This document shows positions 1 to 7,344 of a stretch of 9,340 nucleotides of DNA, in pieces (within the stretch, counting starts at the first letter, position 1; each line of letters begins with the position of its first letter). This stretch comes from a virus (lineage: Monodnaviria > Loebvirae > Hofneiviricota > Faserviricetes > Tubulavirales > Inoviridae), in IMG/VR virus record IMGVR_UViG_2609460053_000007, one strand, 5' to 3'. Made by a program: the position numbers and the translations under genes. Below the pieces are notes generated by a model, which saw only the letters and a program-made list of their open reading frames with translations, had not been told where the DNA came from and made no database searches.

Positions 1-150
1 AAATTTCCATATGAAGTATTACACCCGCAACATGGGATTGAAATTTTAGCGGGACTAAGCTTTGGAAGCAAAACTAAATACCGAATAAAACTCATATGGG
101 ATGACAATTATAAAAAAAGGAATGAAGAGGAGTTTTTCATTTCTATATAA
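1..150 (+). CDS. 5'-truncated copy of the C-terminal 49 codons of the 159-aa membrane-anchored protein (duplicate of 9092-9241)
   Basis: Sequence identical to 9092-9241 and in frame with the 8762-9241 ORF. It is truncated by the window edge, not necessarily a real pseudogene. Confidence 0.6.
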   Translation, partial: KFPYEVLHPQHGIEILAGLSFGSKTKYRIKLIWDDNYKKRNEEEFFISI

Positions 151-181
151 ATTGGTTCGCACAATGACGTTATGCTAAAGA

Positions 182-218
182 GGCCGCTGCGGGATACGAT
201 TTTCGCAGCGGCCTTTTC
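182..218 (+). terminator. Rho-independent terminator-like hairpin after the plus-strand accessory operon (copy 1)
   Basis: Perfect 10-bp GC-rich stem GGCCGCTGCG (182-191) / CGCAGCGGCC (204-213), 12-nt loop, followed by TTTTC (214-218). Lies 32 nt after the stop of the 159-aa ORF in the second copy. It could alternatively be an ori or packaging hairpin. Confidence 0.6.
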
Positions 219-247
219 AACATAACGAGTCGTACATTATGCGCACC
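215..247 (-). other. dif-like XerC/XerD recombination site (candidate attP) with extended central region
   Basis: Minus strand reads GGTGCGCATAA-TGTACGACTCG-TTATGTTGAAA. The XerC arm matches E. coli dif (GGTGCGCATAA) 11/11 and the XerD arm matches TTATGTTAAAT 9/11. The central region is 11 bp instead of 6 bp. The dif sequence is quoted from memory. Confidence 0.65.
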
Positions 248-281
248 AATGGTAAGGATGGCAGAATCTGGCGGGAATCGT

Positions 282-309
282 TGACACTGGCCGTCAACTG
301 GCTACTATC
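282..309 (+). promoter_or_regulatory. Candidate sigma70 promoter (TTGACA-16 nt-TACTAT) overlapping an inverted repeat
   Basis: -35 TTGACA at 282-287, 16-nt spacer, -10 TACTAT at 304-309. The -35 sits inside the inverted repeat GTTGAC (281-286) / GTCAAC (294-299). Predicted start near 316, reading antisense to the ORF 388-582. Confidence 0.35.
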
Positions 310-378
310 GACAGTGATTCAAAATCATCCGTTTCTCCAAACGAATCAGAATCAAATGTCTGTCAGCAGTAAGTGAAC

Positions 379-401
379 GGCCTGACCTCACCAATCAGGC
401 C
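379..401. repeat. Inverted repeat / hairpin GGCCTGA-(9 nt)-TCAGGCC
   Basis: Perfect 7-bp stem 379-385 / 395-401. The stop codon of the minus ORF 388-582 lies in the loop. Followed on the plus strand by TGTTCATCC. Possible terminator for a short plus-strand transcript or an ori/packaging hairpin. Confidence 0.35.
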
Positions 402-582
402 TGTTCATCCAGTTAGTTGGTAAATCTGTACCTGATACACGAGAATCAAACACCACTTCTTCAGTGCCATCACCATGATGCCGGAATGCTGGATCTTTAA
501 GAAGCATCACTTTCAGCTCCTGATGTGTCATGAATTTTTCCATGATAAGCCCCGATGAATGCTGCCGCGCCGAATCAGCCAT
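388..582 (-). CDS. Hypothetical small protein (64 aa; possibly 47-51 aa from internal ATGs), cargo position
   Basis: ORF in the six-frame track. No convincing SD before the first ATG; the internal starts (MEKF.., MTHQ..) have weak GGGG/GGAA upstream. No recognisable motif. May be a spurious ORF in a structured non-coding region. Confidence 0.3.
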   Translation of the reverse strand: MADSARQHSSGLIMEKFMTHQELKVMLLKDPAFRHHGDGTEEVVFDSRVSGTDLPTNWMNRPDW

Positions 583-727
583 AACGCTGAAAATGGAAAC
601 TGTACGGCTTGGCCAACCCCGGACAGCAACAAAACAAGTTTTGTCACTGACCGGCGTTATCTTTCAAAACAGACAGTTAACGATTTTTTGTCTGGTGTTT
701 ATGCGTGAAATTTCGTGCGTACGAAAT

Positions 728-976
728 TCACCACCAATAAACAAACGGACGATGACTGACCGGAAAAGCAATGCCGTCAGCATCATGACCACGCATTACC
801 TGATTGAGAAGCCTTCTGACTTCACGACGCTCAGGCCTGGTCATCATCATATTGCGATACCAGGACGGCGATTTATCAAACCATCTGGCACAACTGGCAA
901 AATGTGAACCTACACGACGATAAGACTTAAGGCGGCCACCGGGAAGTCGGTCACGCGCCTTATTTTTTACAGACAT
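728..976 (-). CDS. Hypothetical small basic Arg/Trp-rich protein (82 aa), cargo position downstream of gIV
   Basis: ORF with a good RBS (GAGGA, 6 nt before the ATG at 974-976). Same orientation as the core genes. No recognisable domain. Confidence 0.45.
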   Translation of the reverse strand: MSVKNKARDRLPGGRLKSYRRVGSHFASCARWFDKSPSWYRNMMMTRPERREVRRLLNQVMRGHDADGIAFPVSHRPFVYWW

Positions 977-1064
977 AATAAATCCTCTAAGTAACTGAAT
1001 ACCTAGAAGATGTCGTACTGTTCATACCCCATAAAAGTTAACGCCATAATAAAAATCCATACAA

Positions 1065-2309
1065 TCAGTTCAGGTTGTCCCGGAACAGTTCACCGCTCCT
1101 CGCGGCGCTGCGGGGCGTCGCCCTGCTCCGGTCAACCTTTCTGACCTGAAGCATCACCATAATATCAGTCTTGTTGCTTTCACTGGTACGGGAACCGAAG
1201 AAGCTCCAGCCGGAACTGGCCTTACTGTCTTTCTGTTCAGCAAGGCCACCAAGTAAAATAATATCACCATCTGCAAGGCTGACTTCGGTTGTTACATCAC
1301 GCTTGATAAGGGTTGGCGAGTTATTGACGCCGGTTTCAGTGGTCACAAAGTTGGAAAGCTGCTGCTGAATCTTGAGATCCATTGTCCGACTTTTGATTGA
1401 TGGCGTCACGTTAAACAAAACACCGCTGGAACGATATTCAACGGATTGCGTTGTCGTATTGTTATTCACCGTAACACTGCCCAGTACTGGCACATCAGAG
1501 CCGACTGAAAAAGACGCTGAGGCATTATTTTTTACCCGCAGTCGTGGCGCACTGACAACAGTAAAACGACTGTCGGTTTTCAGCAGATTGAAAATGGCAT
1601 CAATGGAGCCGGTTCGAATATTGATAAAATTATCCAGTCCGGCAGCACCAACTGAAATATTGAATTTATCAGACAGAATTTTAGCCGCTAAAAGAATGCC
1701 GGAGCCGTCAGACTGCGAGGTCTGAACCTCAAAAACATAACCAGAAACAACCACTTCATCACTCATCGTATCCAGCGAAGTGACCAGTGTTTTCAGGATG
1801 GCGATATCCTCTTTCGTACCATAATAAACCAGAATATCACCGGTTCGATTGATGTAGTTGCTTGCCCCTGATGAACCTTTTAGCGAATCGTCAGAAATCA
1901 CGGCTCCACTGTTATTGAAGGAGCCTGAAACGTAGCCGCCAAGAATATCAGACAGGTAGGCAACAGAACGGTACTGAGGCGTATAAGTCCATGTATAACG
2001 TGGCTTAACCGGCTCTTTCGGCGTATAGGGCGCGATAAAATCAACACCCTTTTTCGTCCATATTCGAATGTTCATATTGCCAAGATAACGGGTTACAAAT
2101 TCCCGTTCATCAATATCAGGTGTTAACCTGAATGTAATCATTCGTTCATCATTAACAAGCTGTGGATCTAGCATATACGGGACTTTAAGCACCTCACTGT
2201 AAATAAGAGAAATAGCCTCCGGTAGCTTGACTTTATTTAATTCAAGCTCTGACCCTGCGAAAGCACATGAAGAAAATAGTAGCGTTAATGCGAGTAAAAT
2301 CTTTTTCAT
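1065..2309 (-). CDS. Phage-encoded secretin (pIV-like) for virion extrusion
   Basis: 414 aa; N-terminal signal peptide MKKILLALTLLFSSCAFA with AxA cleavage motif; C-terminal secretin-like region (VVSAPRLRV...DGDIILLGGL...). Last gene of the morphogenesis block, as in Ff phages. Start ATG overlaps the gI stop (TAATG at 2307-2311). Confidence 0.85.
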   Translation of the reverse strand: MKKILLALTLLFSSCAFAGSELELNKVKLPEAISLIYSEVLKVPYMLDPQLVNDERMITFRLTPDIDEREFVTRYLGNMNIRIWTKKGVDFIAPYTPKEPVKPRYTWTYTPQYRSVAYLSDILGGYVSGSFNNSGAVISDDSLKGSSGASNYINRTGDILVYYGTKEDIAILKTLVTSLDTMSDEVVVSGYVFEVQTSQSDGSGILLAAKILSDKFNISVGAAGLDNFINIRTGSIDAIFNLLKTDSRFTVVSAPRLRVKNNASASFSVGSDVPVLGSVTVNNNTTTQSVEYRSSGVLFNVTPSIKSRTMDLKIQQQLSNFVTTETGVNNSPTLIKRDVTTEVSLADGDIILLGGLAEQKDSKASSGWSFFGSRTSESNKTDIMVMLQVRKVDRSRATPRSAARSGELFRDNLN

Positions 2310-3334
2310 TATTTTTTCCCCGTATAAAGCGTCACACGCTCACCATCAATAATTCCGCTCATCAACATCCCTTTGTAATTAAAACTGGATGCAGGAACGG
2401 CACGCAAAACACCGGCACCATTAACAAGAATCACAAACGCCCTGCCTTCACTGGTCATTCTCCCTGATATACGCCACTCGGTTGAAAGTGGCGGTTCAGC
2501 TGGTTCTGAGGGAGTATCTGGTGCTGGAGTAGCAGCGGAAGAACGAAACATGGCCGCATCACGTACATCTGTTGTAGTCAAATCTGGCGAGGGATCGCTT
2601 CGGCCAAACGTGCTGAAAAATGAGTAAATCAGCCAGCCTGACCCGATAAACATCAATGGAAAAAGCACAAGAAAGAACCTGACTTTGCCAGAATTCCAGA
2701 TGCTCTGGCGTTTATCTGTCTGCTTTTCATTACCGTTATTTCCTTCATAACTTTTGTAAAGTTCAAAAATATCAGGGTTATATTTATTGCGATAACTGGT
2801 GACGAGGTTGCTTTTATAGATTTTGTGGCCTGAATATACGTCAATGCAGTAATGATTATTCAGGCCCAACGCTTTCAGCTTGCGCATCCGGTAAGTTGTT
2901 TCTATTTTGTCTTTCAGAAAGCGAGCAATATTAGAAAGTGACTGATTTACAATAACCAAATCACAGCTAATACCCGTTTCAGGGTGCGTAAAATGACGAT
3001 GTTCAGCAATAAATGATTTCTTCTCAGCCGTCATATCCTTATCGCTACCGAAGATTCGCCATGCTTCATCAATAACAATTAAATCACCAAACTGGCAAAA
3101 GCTCCCTTCCCCACCTTTAAAAGGAAAGAAATCTGCTTTAAGCACATCATCATTATCCACAACAATAATTTCTCCCGTTGCATCAGGATAACGTTCGGTG
3201 ATTTTATCTTTTTGTAAACCATAAATGTTCGTCACAACTCTCCGGCCGCTGGTAAATGCCGGAATAATGACATTGCAAACGGCTTCATAACTTTTTCCTG
3301 AGCCGGGTATGCCAATATATGCAGAAATAGCCAT
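2309..3334 (-). CDS. Zot-like assembly ATPase (pI-like)
   Basis: 341 aa; Walker A GIPGSGKS near the N-terminus, Walker B-like LIVIDEAW, single TM segment (FFLVLFPLMFIGSGWLIYSFF) in the C-terminal half. Position between gVI and gIV. Confidence 0.9.
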   Translation of the reverse strand: MAISAYIGIPGSGKSYEAVCNVIIPAFTSGRRVVTNIYGLQKDKITERYPDATGEIIVVDNDDVLKADFFPFKGGEGSFCQFGDLIVIDEAWRIFGSDKDMTAEKKSFIAEHRHFTHPETGISCDLVIVNQSLSNIARFLKDKIETTYRMRKLKALGLNNHYCIDVYSGHKIYKSNLVTSYRNKYNPDIFELYKSYEGNNGNEKQTDKRQSIWNSGKVRFFLVLFPLMFIGSGWLIYSFFSTFGRSDPSPDLTTTDVRDAAMFRSSAATPAPDTPSEPAEPPLSTEWRISGRMTSEGRAFVILVNGAGVLRAVPASSFNYKGMLMSGIIDGERVTLYTGKK

Positions 3335-3337
3335 AAC

Positions 3338-3625
3338 TCACCCTATAACAGGAATACGTCGAATAATAAAACGAGTAGCCATTGCGGAGATAATCATACT
3401 AATCCCCTGTGGTAATTTACTCAGGTTAATGAAGTACCAGAATCCGTCTGATAAATTGGCAAACAGCGATGAGAGATTGCTTGAATCTGGCAGTAACTCA
3501 ACAAGGATTTCAACGAAGCCCTGGACTACAAAATACAGCGCAAAGAATACGACGAATTTAATAATCAATGACCGGAATACAAAACCTAACAAAGTATTTA
3601 ATGCACTAATCAGAATCCCAAACAT
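3338..3625 (-). CDS. Minor coat protein pVI-like (hydrophobic)
   Basis: 95 aa, strongly hydrophobic with multiple TM-like segments. Position between gIII and gI. Weak resemblance to f1 pVI (recalled from memory). Confidence 0.7.
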   Translation of the reverse strand: MFGILISALNTLLGFVFRSLIIKFVVFFALYFVVQGFVEILVELLPDSSNLSSLFANLSDGFWYFINLSKLPQGISMIISAMATRFIIRRIPVIG

Positions 3626-3637
3626 AGTTGCACTCCT

Positions 3638-5350
3638 TTAGGCACTCAGAATAATACGGAGCGCAACAAATCCCCATATAATCAGAAATATGGTTTCTAC
3701 GGCGCTTCTGTTCTGCTCAATTAACGGACAATGGGAGTCAATTCTGTACTGGTGATTAAACACGCTGAATTCAACAACGGGGCAGGATGCTGAACGAGAG
3801 CCGATGTTAAATTCGTTTGTAAAAGGCAACAAATTAATAATTGGCGTTAAAATATCTCTTGCCGTTGGCGTTTCTTCAAGCTCAGGCTCTTTTACACCGG
3901 GATCTTCTCCCAAATCTATATTGCCATTATTTCCAGTGTCAGATCCTGAGTTGTTATTAATGGTAATATCAATATTGACGTCAGCCCCTGCACTGTCAGA
4001 TACAGGTGAAAGCATATCTAATAACGTTGGAGATAGCCTAAGTTCCGACATCGCAGAAGTTACTTCAGCCGGTGAAACCTCTTTAAACGGTAAGCCGTTA
4101 TAATCGGCATTAACGGCAGCTTCAGACCACAGCTCGTTAATCATGTCGGCAAGAAGTGCTGGCGATACACTAACACTATCAAGATACTCCAGATAATCAA
4201 TCATGGACTCAATATTTCCAGCCTCCAGTACTTCCGTCATGGCTTTATATTTGGTATTGGTCCAGATAGTAAGCTCACTCTTTTCATCAATATCTTTTGC
4301 GGTGTAATCCTCTTTTTCAGGAACGGCACAAATCGTCGAATATCCACCATTTGACTGATTAGTCGTTTTACAAGGCGTGTTGTGATACTGATATTGCTTT
4401 CCTGCTGTTAAATAAGCAACGCTGTAATACATGGGAAGCCCTGCTACATTTTCATACATGGGAATACCTGCGGGAAATGAAGATGCGGCCGGGTTGCTAT
4501 ACAAGTGTGTAATCTCAGGTATTTCATAAAATGAGGAAGGATAAGTAAACTTATAATTCTGTTCAGTAAAGGATACATCTCCATTACTGTTGACAACTTT
4601 ATTCGTCACAGTGCGTTCAAAATTCGTTAGTGTTTCAGTATAAGTACGCGAGTTATAGTCATTAAGATAATTTCTGGCAATTTCAGTTGGATTATCACCA
4701 TAGTAATAAATTAGCTCTTTCGAATCCTGATAATAATAAAGTGCATTATCTGGCGTGGAATATCCTGTTTCAACACCTACAACTGGAGAACCCGCATCCA
4801 CATTATTACGACTAACATGAAGGATTACCGGACTTAATTCCTGTGGTTCAAAATTAACGGTTATCGTCTTACTTTCACCACTTTGACCACTGTACGTTAC
4901 TTCATATAAATTATCGGAAATCTTTTTACCGTTAGTCATTACCATTACCGAGCCGTCAGATGAACTCAAAGAAGACGGAACAAAAGATGATACAGCAGCA
5001 GCAATACCCGCCCACGTTGCAACACCGCTCATTTTGTATGATGAGGCAGCAGGCAAGTATTCGGCAGCATTAGCCGCAGCGCGGCCAACAAAAACACGGG
5101 TTGCTGTAAGCTGTGATGCCGTATAAATCGCATCATTGGCAGCAAAGCGACGAACAAGCACCCGGCCAACGACTTTAGGAATAACAGCCCGCGCAGCCAC
5201 TGCTGCAATTGCTGGTACAAATGAATATGAATATCGGGGAAAGGAAACCCAGAGAAAGGAAAAAATAAAGGAATAAACCGTCAGCCTCTTAGCCCAAGAA
5301 TAACGACATAAGCTGAGACGATCCCCCATAAAAGGGAACCCAATTTCCAT
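3638..5350 (-). CDS. Adsorption / receptor-binding minor coat protein pIII-like
   Basis: 570 aa as drawn. Asn/Gly/Ser-rich linker (NNNSGSDTGNNGNIDLGEDPG) and C-terminal hydrophobic anchor (IFLIIWGFVALRIIL), typical pIII architecture. SD GGAG 7 nt before the ATG at 5348-5350. An alternative start at the ATG 5030-5032 (M107) would give a 464-aa product. Confidence 0.75.
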   Translation of the reverse strand: MEIGFPFMGDRLSLCRYSWAKRLTVYSFIFSFLWVSFPRYSYSFVPAIAAVAARAVIPKVVGRVLVRRFAANDAIYTASQLTATRVFVGRAAANAAEYLPAASSYKMSGVATWAGIAAAVSSFVPSSLSSSDGSVMVMTNGKKISDNLYEVTYSGQSGESKTITVNFEPQELSPVILHVSRNNVDAGSPVVGVETGYSTPDNALYYYQDSKELIYYYGDNPTEIARNYLNDYNSRTYTETLTNFERTVTNKVVNSNGDVSFTEQNYKFTYPSSFYEIPEITHLYSNPAASSFPAGIPMYENVAGLPMYYSVAYLTAGKQYQYHNTPCKTTNQSNGGYSTICAVPEKEDYTAKDIDEKSELTIWTNTKYKAMTEVLEAGNIESMIDYLEYLDSVSVSPALLADMINELWSEAAVNADYNGLPFKEVSPAEVTSAMSELRLSPTLLDMLSPVSDSAGADVNIDITINNNSGSDTGNNGNIDLGEDPGVKEPELEETPTARDILTPIINLLPFTNEFNIGSRSASCPVVEFSVFNHQYRIDSHCPLIEQNRSAVETIFLIIWGFVALRIILSA

Positions 5351-5382
5351 AATTCAATCTCCATAATAACCTCAAGTAAAAC

Positions 5383-5401
5383 GGGCGATATTGCATCGCC
5401 C
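5383..5401 (-). terminator. Terminator-like hairpin downstream of the major coat protein gene
   Basis: 7-bp stem GGGCGAT/ATCGCCC with 5-nt loop. On the minus strand it is followed by GTTTTACTT. Ff phages have a strong terminator immediately after gVIII. Confidence 0.5.
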
Positions 5402-5414
5402 ATGAATAATGAAT

Positions 5415-5648
5415 TTATGCGGATTTAACGGTACGCAATACCCAGCGAACGCCAGCGACACCGGCATAAAGTGTTACCAGTGAAGCAGCAACGGCCATAA
5501 TCGCAACCAGAACTGTACTGAAATCAATGCTGTTCGTCAGCGGCGATAAATCAACACCACTTGATGCCGCTCCTTCTGCAGCGAAAGTCGCGCCAGAAAC
5601 AGCCATTAATGCAGGTACAGCCAGAAAACTAACGATTTTTTTAAACAT
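5415..5648 (-). CDS. Major coat protein pVIII-like
   Basis: 77 aa; signal peptide ending AxA (..SGATFA|AEGAAS), acidic N-terminus of the mature part, hydrophobic core (VLVAIMAVAASLVTLYAGVAGV), basic C-terminus (RWVLRTVKSA). SD GGAG 8 nt upstream. Confidence 0.9.
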   Translation of the reverse strand: MFKKIVSFLAVPALMAVSGATFAAEGAASSGVDLSPLTNSIDFSTVLVAIMAVAASLVTLYAGVAGVRWVLRTVKSA

Positions 5649-5682
5649 AACTCTATCTCCATTACATTTTAAAGGTTCGCAT

Positions 5683-5934
5683 TCAAGCAGTACGAACCAT
5701 CTTTATTACCTGTCCCACACCTACAGAAAAAAGCCAGAGCAGCAGGACAGAGCCAAAACCTAATGTCCAGTAATTTCCCATTGCAGAATAATCAATTTGA
5801 TGAAATGGTTCAGAACGTACCATTATTGCCTGACATTCTTTTGCATTGTTCGCATTACATAAATAACCTTCAATACGGTAACCATTTTCAGGAATATGAT
5901 TATCAAACTGAATATCGAAACCTGATGCATCCAT
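5683..5934 (-). CDS. Small protein with C-terminal hydrophobic helix at the pVII/pIX position (putative minor coat protein)
   Basis: 83 aa with C-terminal TM-like segment WTLGFGSVLLLWLFSVGVGQVI. Lies between gV and gVIII where Ff phages encode pVII/pIX. ATG 2 nt after the gV stop. Confidence 0.5.
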   Translation of the reverse strand: MDASGFDIQFDNHIPENGYRIEGYLCNANNAKECQAIMVRSEPFHQIDYSAMGNYWTLGFGSVLLLWLFSVGVGQVIKMVRTA

Positions 5935-5936
5935 AA

Positions 5937-6254
5937 TCAGCCTTTTATTTCAGTAATGCCGCCATCTGATGAAATGTTATAAGTTACTCCTTCCCTCCCC
6001 TCCATTGACCAGACGCGAACATATACAGGTATCTGGACTAACTTACCGATAAAATTATTTGCCTGATTCATTACACCGGCATTAACAAGAGCCTGAGATA
6101 CACGAATAATAATCTGGTCTTGCTTAGTGCCGCCAAAACCATCAGGAATCTCTAAGCCAACACCAATTTCATTATAGTATCCCTGACCATTGACCTTATT
6201 ACGCTGGCGAGCACCAAGCATTTTACCTTTTACAAAAAGACCATAATTAGACAT
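5937..6254 (-). CDS. Putative ssDNA-binding protein (pV-position)
   Basis: 105 aa, immediately downstream of gII and upstream of the coat genes. Assignment is by position and size only; no clear similarity to f1 pV was recognised. Confidence 0.55.
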   Translation of the reverse strand: MSNYGLFVKGKMLGARQRNKVNGQGYYNEIGVGLEIPDGFGGTKQDQIIIRVSQALVNAGVMNQANNFIGKLVQIPVYVRVWSMEGREGVTYNISSDGGITEIKG

Positions 6255-6265
6255 ATCACTCTCCT

Positions 6266-7318
6266 TTAATGCCAGTTACTGGCATGTGAAATACGGTTAT
6301 AATCGAAAATTAAACCTTTCTCATAAACCCATGATGGAATTTTGGCTGGTTTGGCTTCAAGAGTACGAACCAACGGAACAACGTTATTAGAATCCGGTGA
6401 CTCACAATAAAAGTTAATATCTATTCCGAAAGAAAGTAATTCTTTACGGTGTCGGTAGAATGTAGGTTTCGGTAACATCTCTTTCATGTTCGCGCCCTGC
6501 TTCCACAATAAATATGTAGACTGTATTTTTCTTGGGAGATTAATTATTTTTTCATCAGTTAATATAGTATTTTGATTCATTTCTATTCTCCCTACATAGT
6601 CAGAGAATAATTTATTGGGCGTCTCAATATTCCAGCTATTACCAAGCGTAAGATTCAAATCAATTAATTCAGTTGTTCTTAATGTTAATTCAATGCGTAA
6701 TTTATCTTTTGACCAGTCCAGTAAACCAGCTTTAACGAATTCGTCTGCCATCTGGTGCCCTTTTTTGCCAGATGTATGCTCATCATATTTTGAATAAAAT
6801 TTCAGGCTCCAACGACGGGAGTTTTTCCCTAAGTAAACAGTGCCACCTTTACCACAGGCGCGACCGTGGCGAGTTTTAGCTTTAAATTCTGCGGCATATA
6901 ACCATGCGCGGACATTTTCTAATGTTGACAATGAATACATGTAATTGATATCGATGCGCGAGATCTTAAATTGCCCTTCCATGACCTGCCGATAGGATGG
7001 TAGATCATGAGGAATATGCAGTAATGCCAATATTCTGGCGTAAGCTGTTAACACCAACCCTTGCAAATCGTCGGAACCGATAACAGAGTGACCTTGCAAA
7101 AACTTTGATGGATTACCGTCAATGTAGAGATGTGTTGCCCGACCTTCACCATCAGATCCAACAGACCTTACTTTCATTGTGGACTCATGCGAACCGCGAA
7201 CGGTCAACCGTTTTACTGTTTCCCACTCCACTGCACCGTCAGCATCGACGCTGACGACACTACCAGCCGGTAACGGTCGGTGTGTGCAAGGCAGGATTCC
7301 GGTAAACCAGTCGATCAT
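6266..7318 (-). CDS. Rolling-circle replication initiator (pII / RstA-like)
   Basis: 350 aa; N-terminus MIDW... and motif KFLQGHSVIGSDDL resemble f1 pII (MID..., KVLQGHNVFGTTDL, recalled from memory). First gene of the minus-strand block, divergent from the HTH regulator. Confidence 0.85.
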   Translation of the reverse strand: MIDWFTGILPCTHRPLPAGSVVSVDADGAVEWETVKRLTVRGSHESTMKVRSVGSDGEGRATHLYIDGNPSKFLQGHSVIGSDDLQGLVLTAYARILALLHIPHDLPSYRQVMEGQFKISRIDINYMYSLSTLENVRAWLYAAEFKAKTRHGRACGKGGTVYLGKNSRRWSLKFYSKYDEHTSGKKGHQMADEFVKAGLLDWSKDKLRIELTLRTTELIDLNLTLGNSWNIETPNKLFSDYVGRIEMNQNTILTDEKIINLPRKIQSTYLLWKQGANMKEMLPKPTFYRHRKELLSFGIDINFYCESPDSNNVVPLVRTLEAKPAKIPSWVYEKGLIFDYNRISHASNWH

Positions 7319-7344
7319 AAGTAGTCACACCCATCAAAATATGT

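Larger units (their letters stand above)
1..249. repeat. Terminal redundancy copy 1 (identical to 9092-9340)
   Basis: Direct comparison of the two window ends: offset 9091, all 249 compared bases identical. The repeat may extend beyond the window. Confidence 0.9.

Noticed and set aside
530-907. Plus-strand 125-aa ORF overlapping both small minus-strand ORFs
   Set aside because: Translation has a non-protein-like composition (Cys/His/Arg-rich, no motifs), there is no RBS, and it overlaps the better-supported 82-aa minus ORF. Likely a chance ORF.
1171-1725. Plus-strand ORFs (65 and 117 aa) inside the secretin gene
   Set aside because: They are antisense to a well-supported secretin CDS, with no RBS and low-complexity translation.
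1065-2309. Lipoprotein lipobox in the secretin signal peptide (LFSSC)
   Set aside because: F at position -3 is not canonical, and an AxA signal peptidase I site (AFA|G) follows. Treated as an ordinary signal peptide.
2267-2467. Plus-strand 66-aa ORF across the gI/gIV junction
   Set aside because: Antisense to the gI/gIV overlap region; no supporting signal.
2653-2844. Minus-strand 63-aa ORF in an alternative frame within gI
   Set aside because: Fully nested in the Zot-like ATPase gene in another frame. Ff gI does have an in-frame internal start (pXI), but this ORF is out of frame and so not equivalent.
2879-2891. Second dif-like half-site (TGCGCAT) that could pair with the 215-247 site to form a CTX-type hairpin attP
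   Set aside because: Only a 7-nt partial match, located inside gI and far from the att-like site; most likely chance.
3309-3641. Plus-strand 110-aa ORF antisense to gVI
   Set aside because: Antisense shadow ORF of a hydrophobic gene; no RBS.
3804-4103. Plus-strand 99-aa ORF antisense to gIII
   Set aside because: Ser/Gly-rich low-complexity translation mirroring the gIII linker region; antisense artefact.
5029-5220. Minus-strand 63-aa ORF in an alternative frame within gIII
   Set aside because: Out-of-frame nested ORF; the in-frame ATG at 5030-5032 is instead considered an alternative gIII start.
5527-5763. Plus-strand 78-aa ORF antisense to gVIII
   Set aside because: Antisense to the highly characteristic major coat protein gene.
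6615-6797. Plus-strand 60-aa ORF antisense to gII
   Set aside because: Antisense shadow ORF with no start signals.
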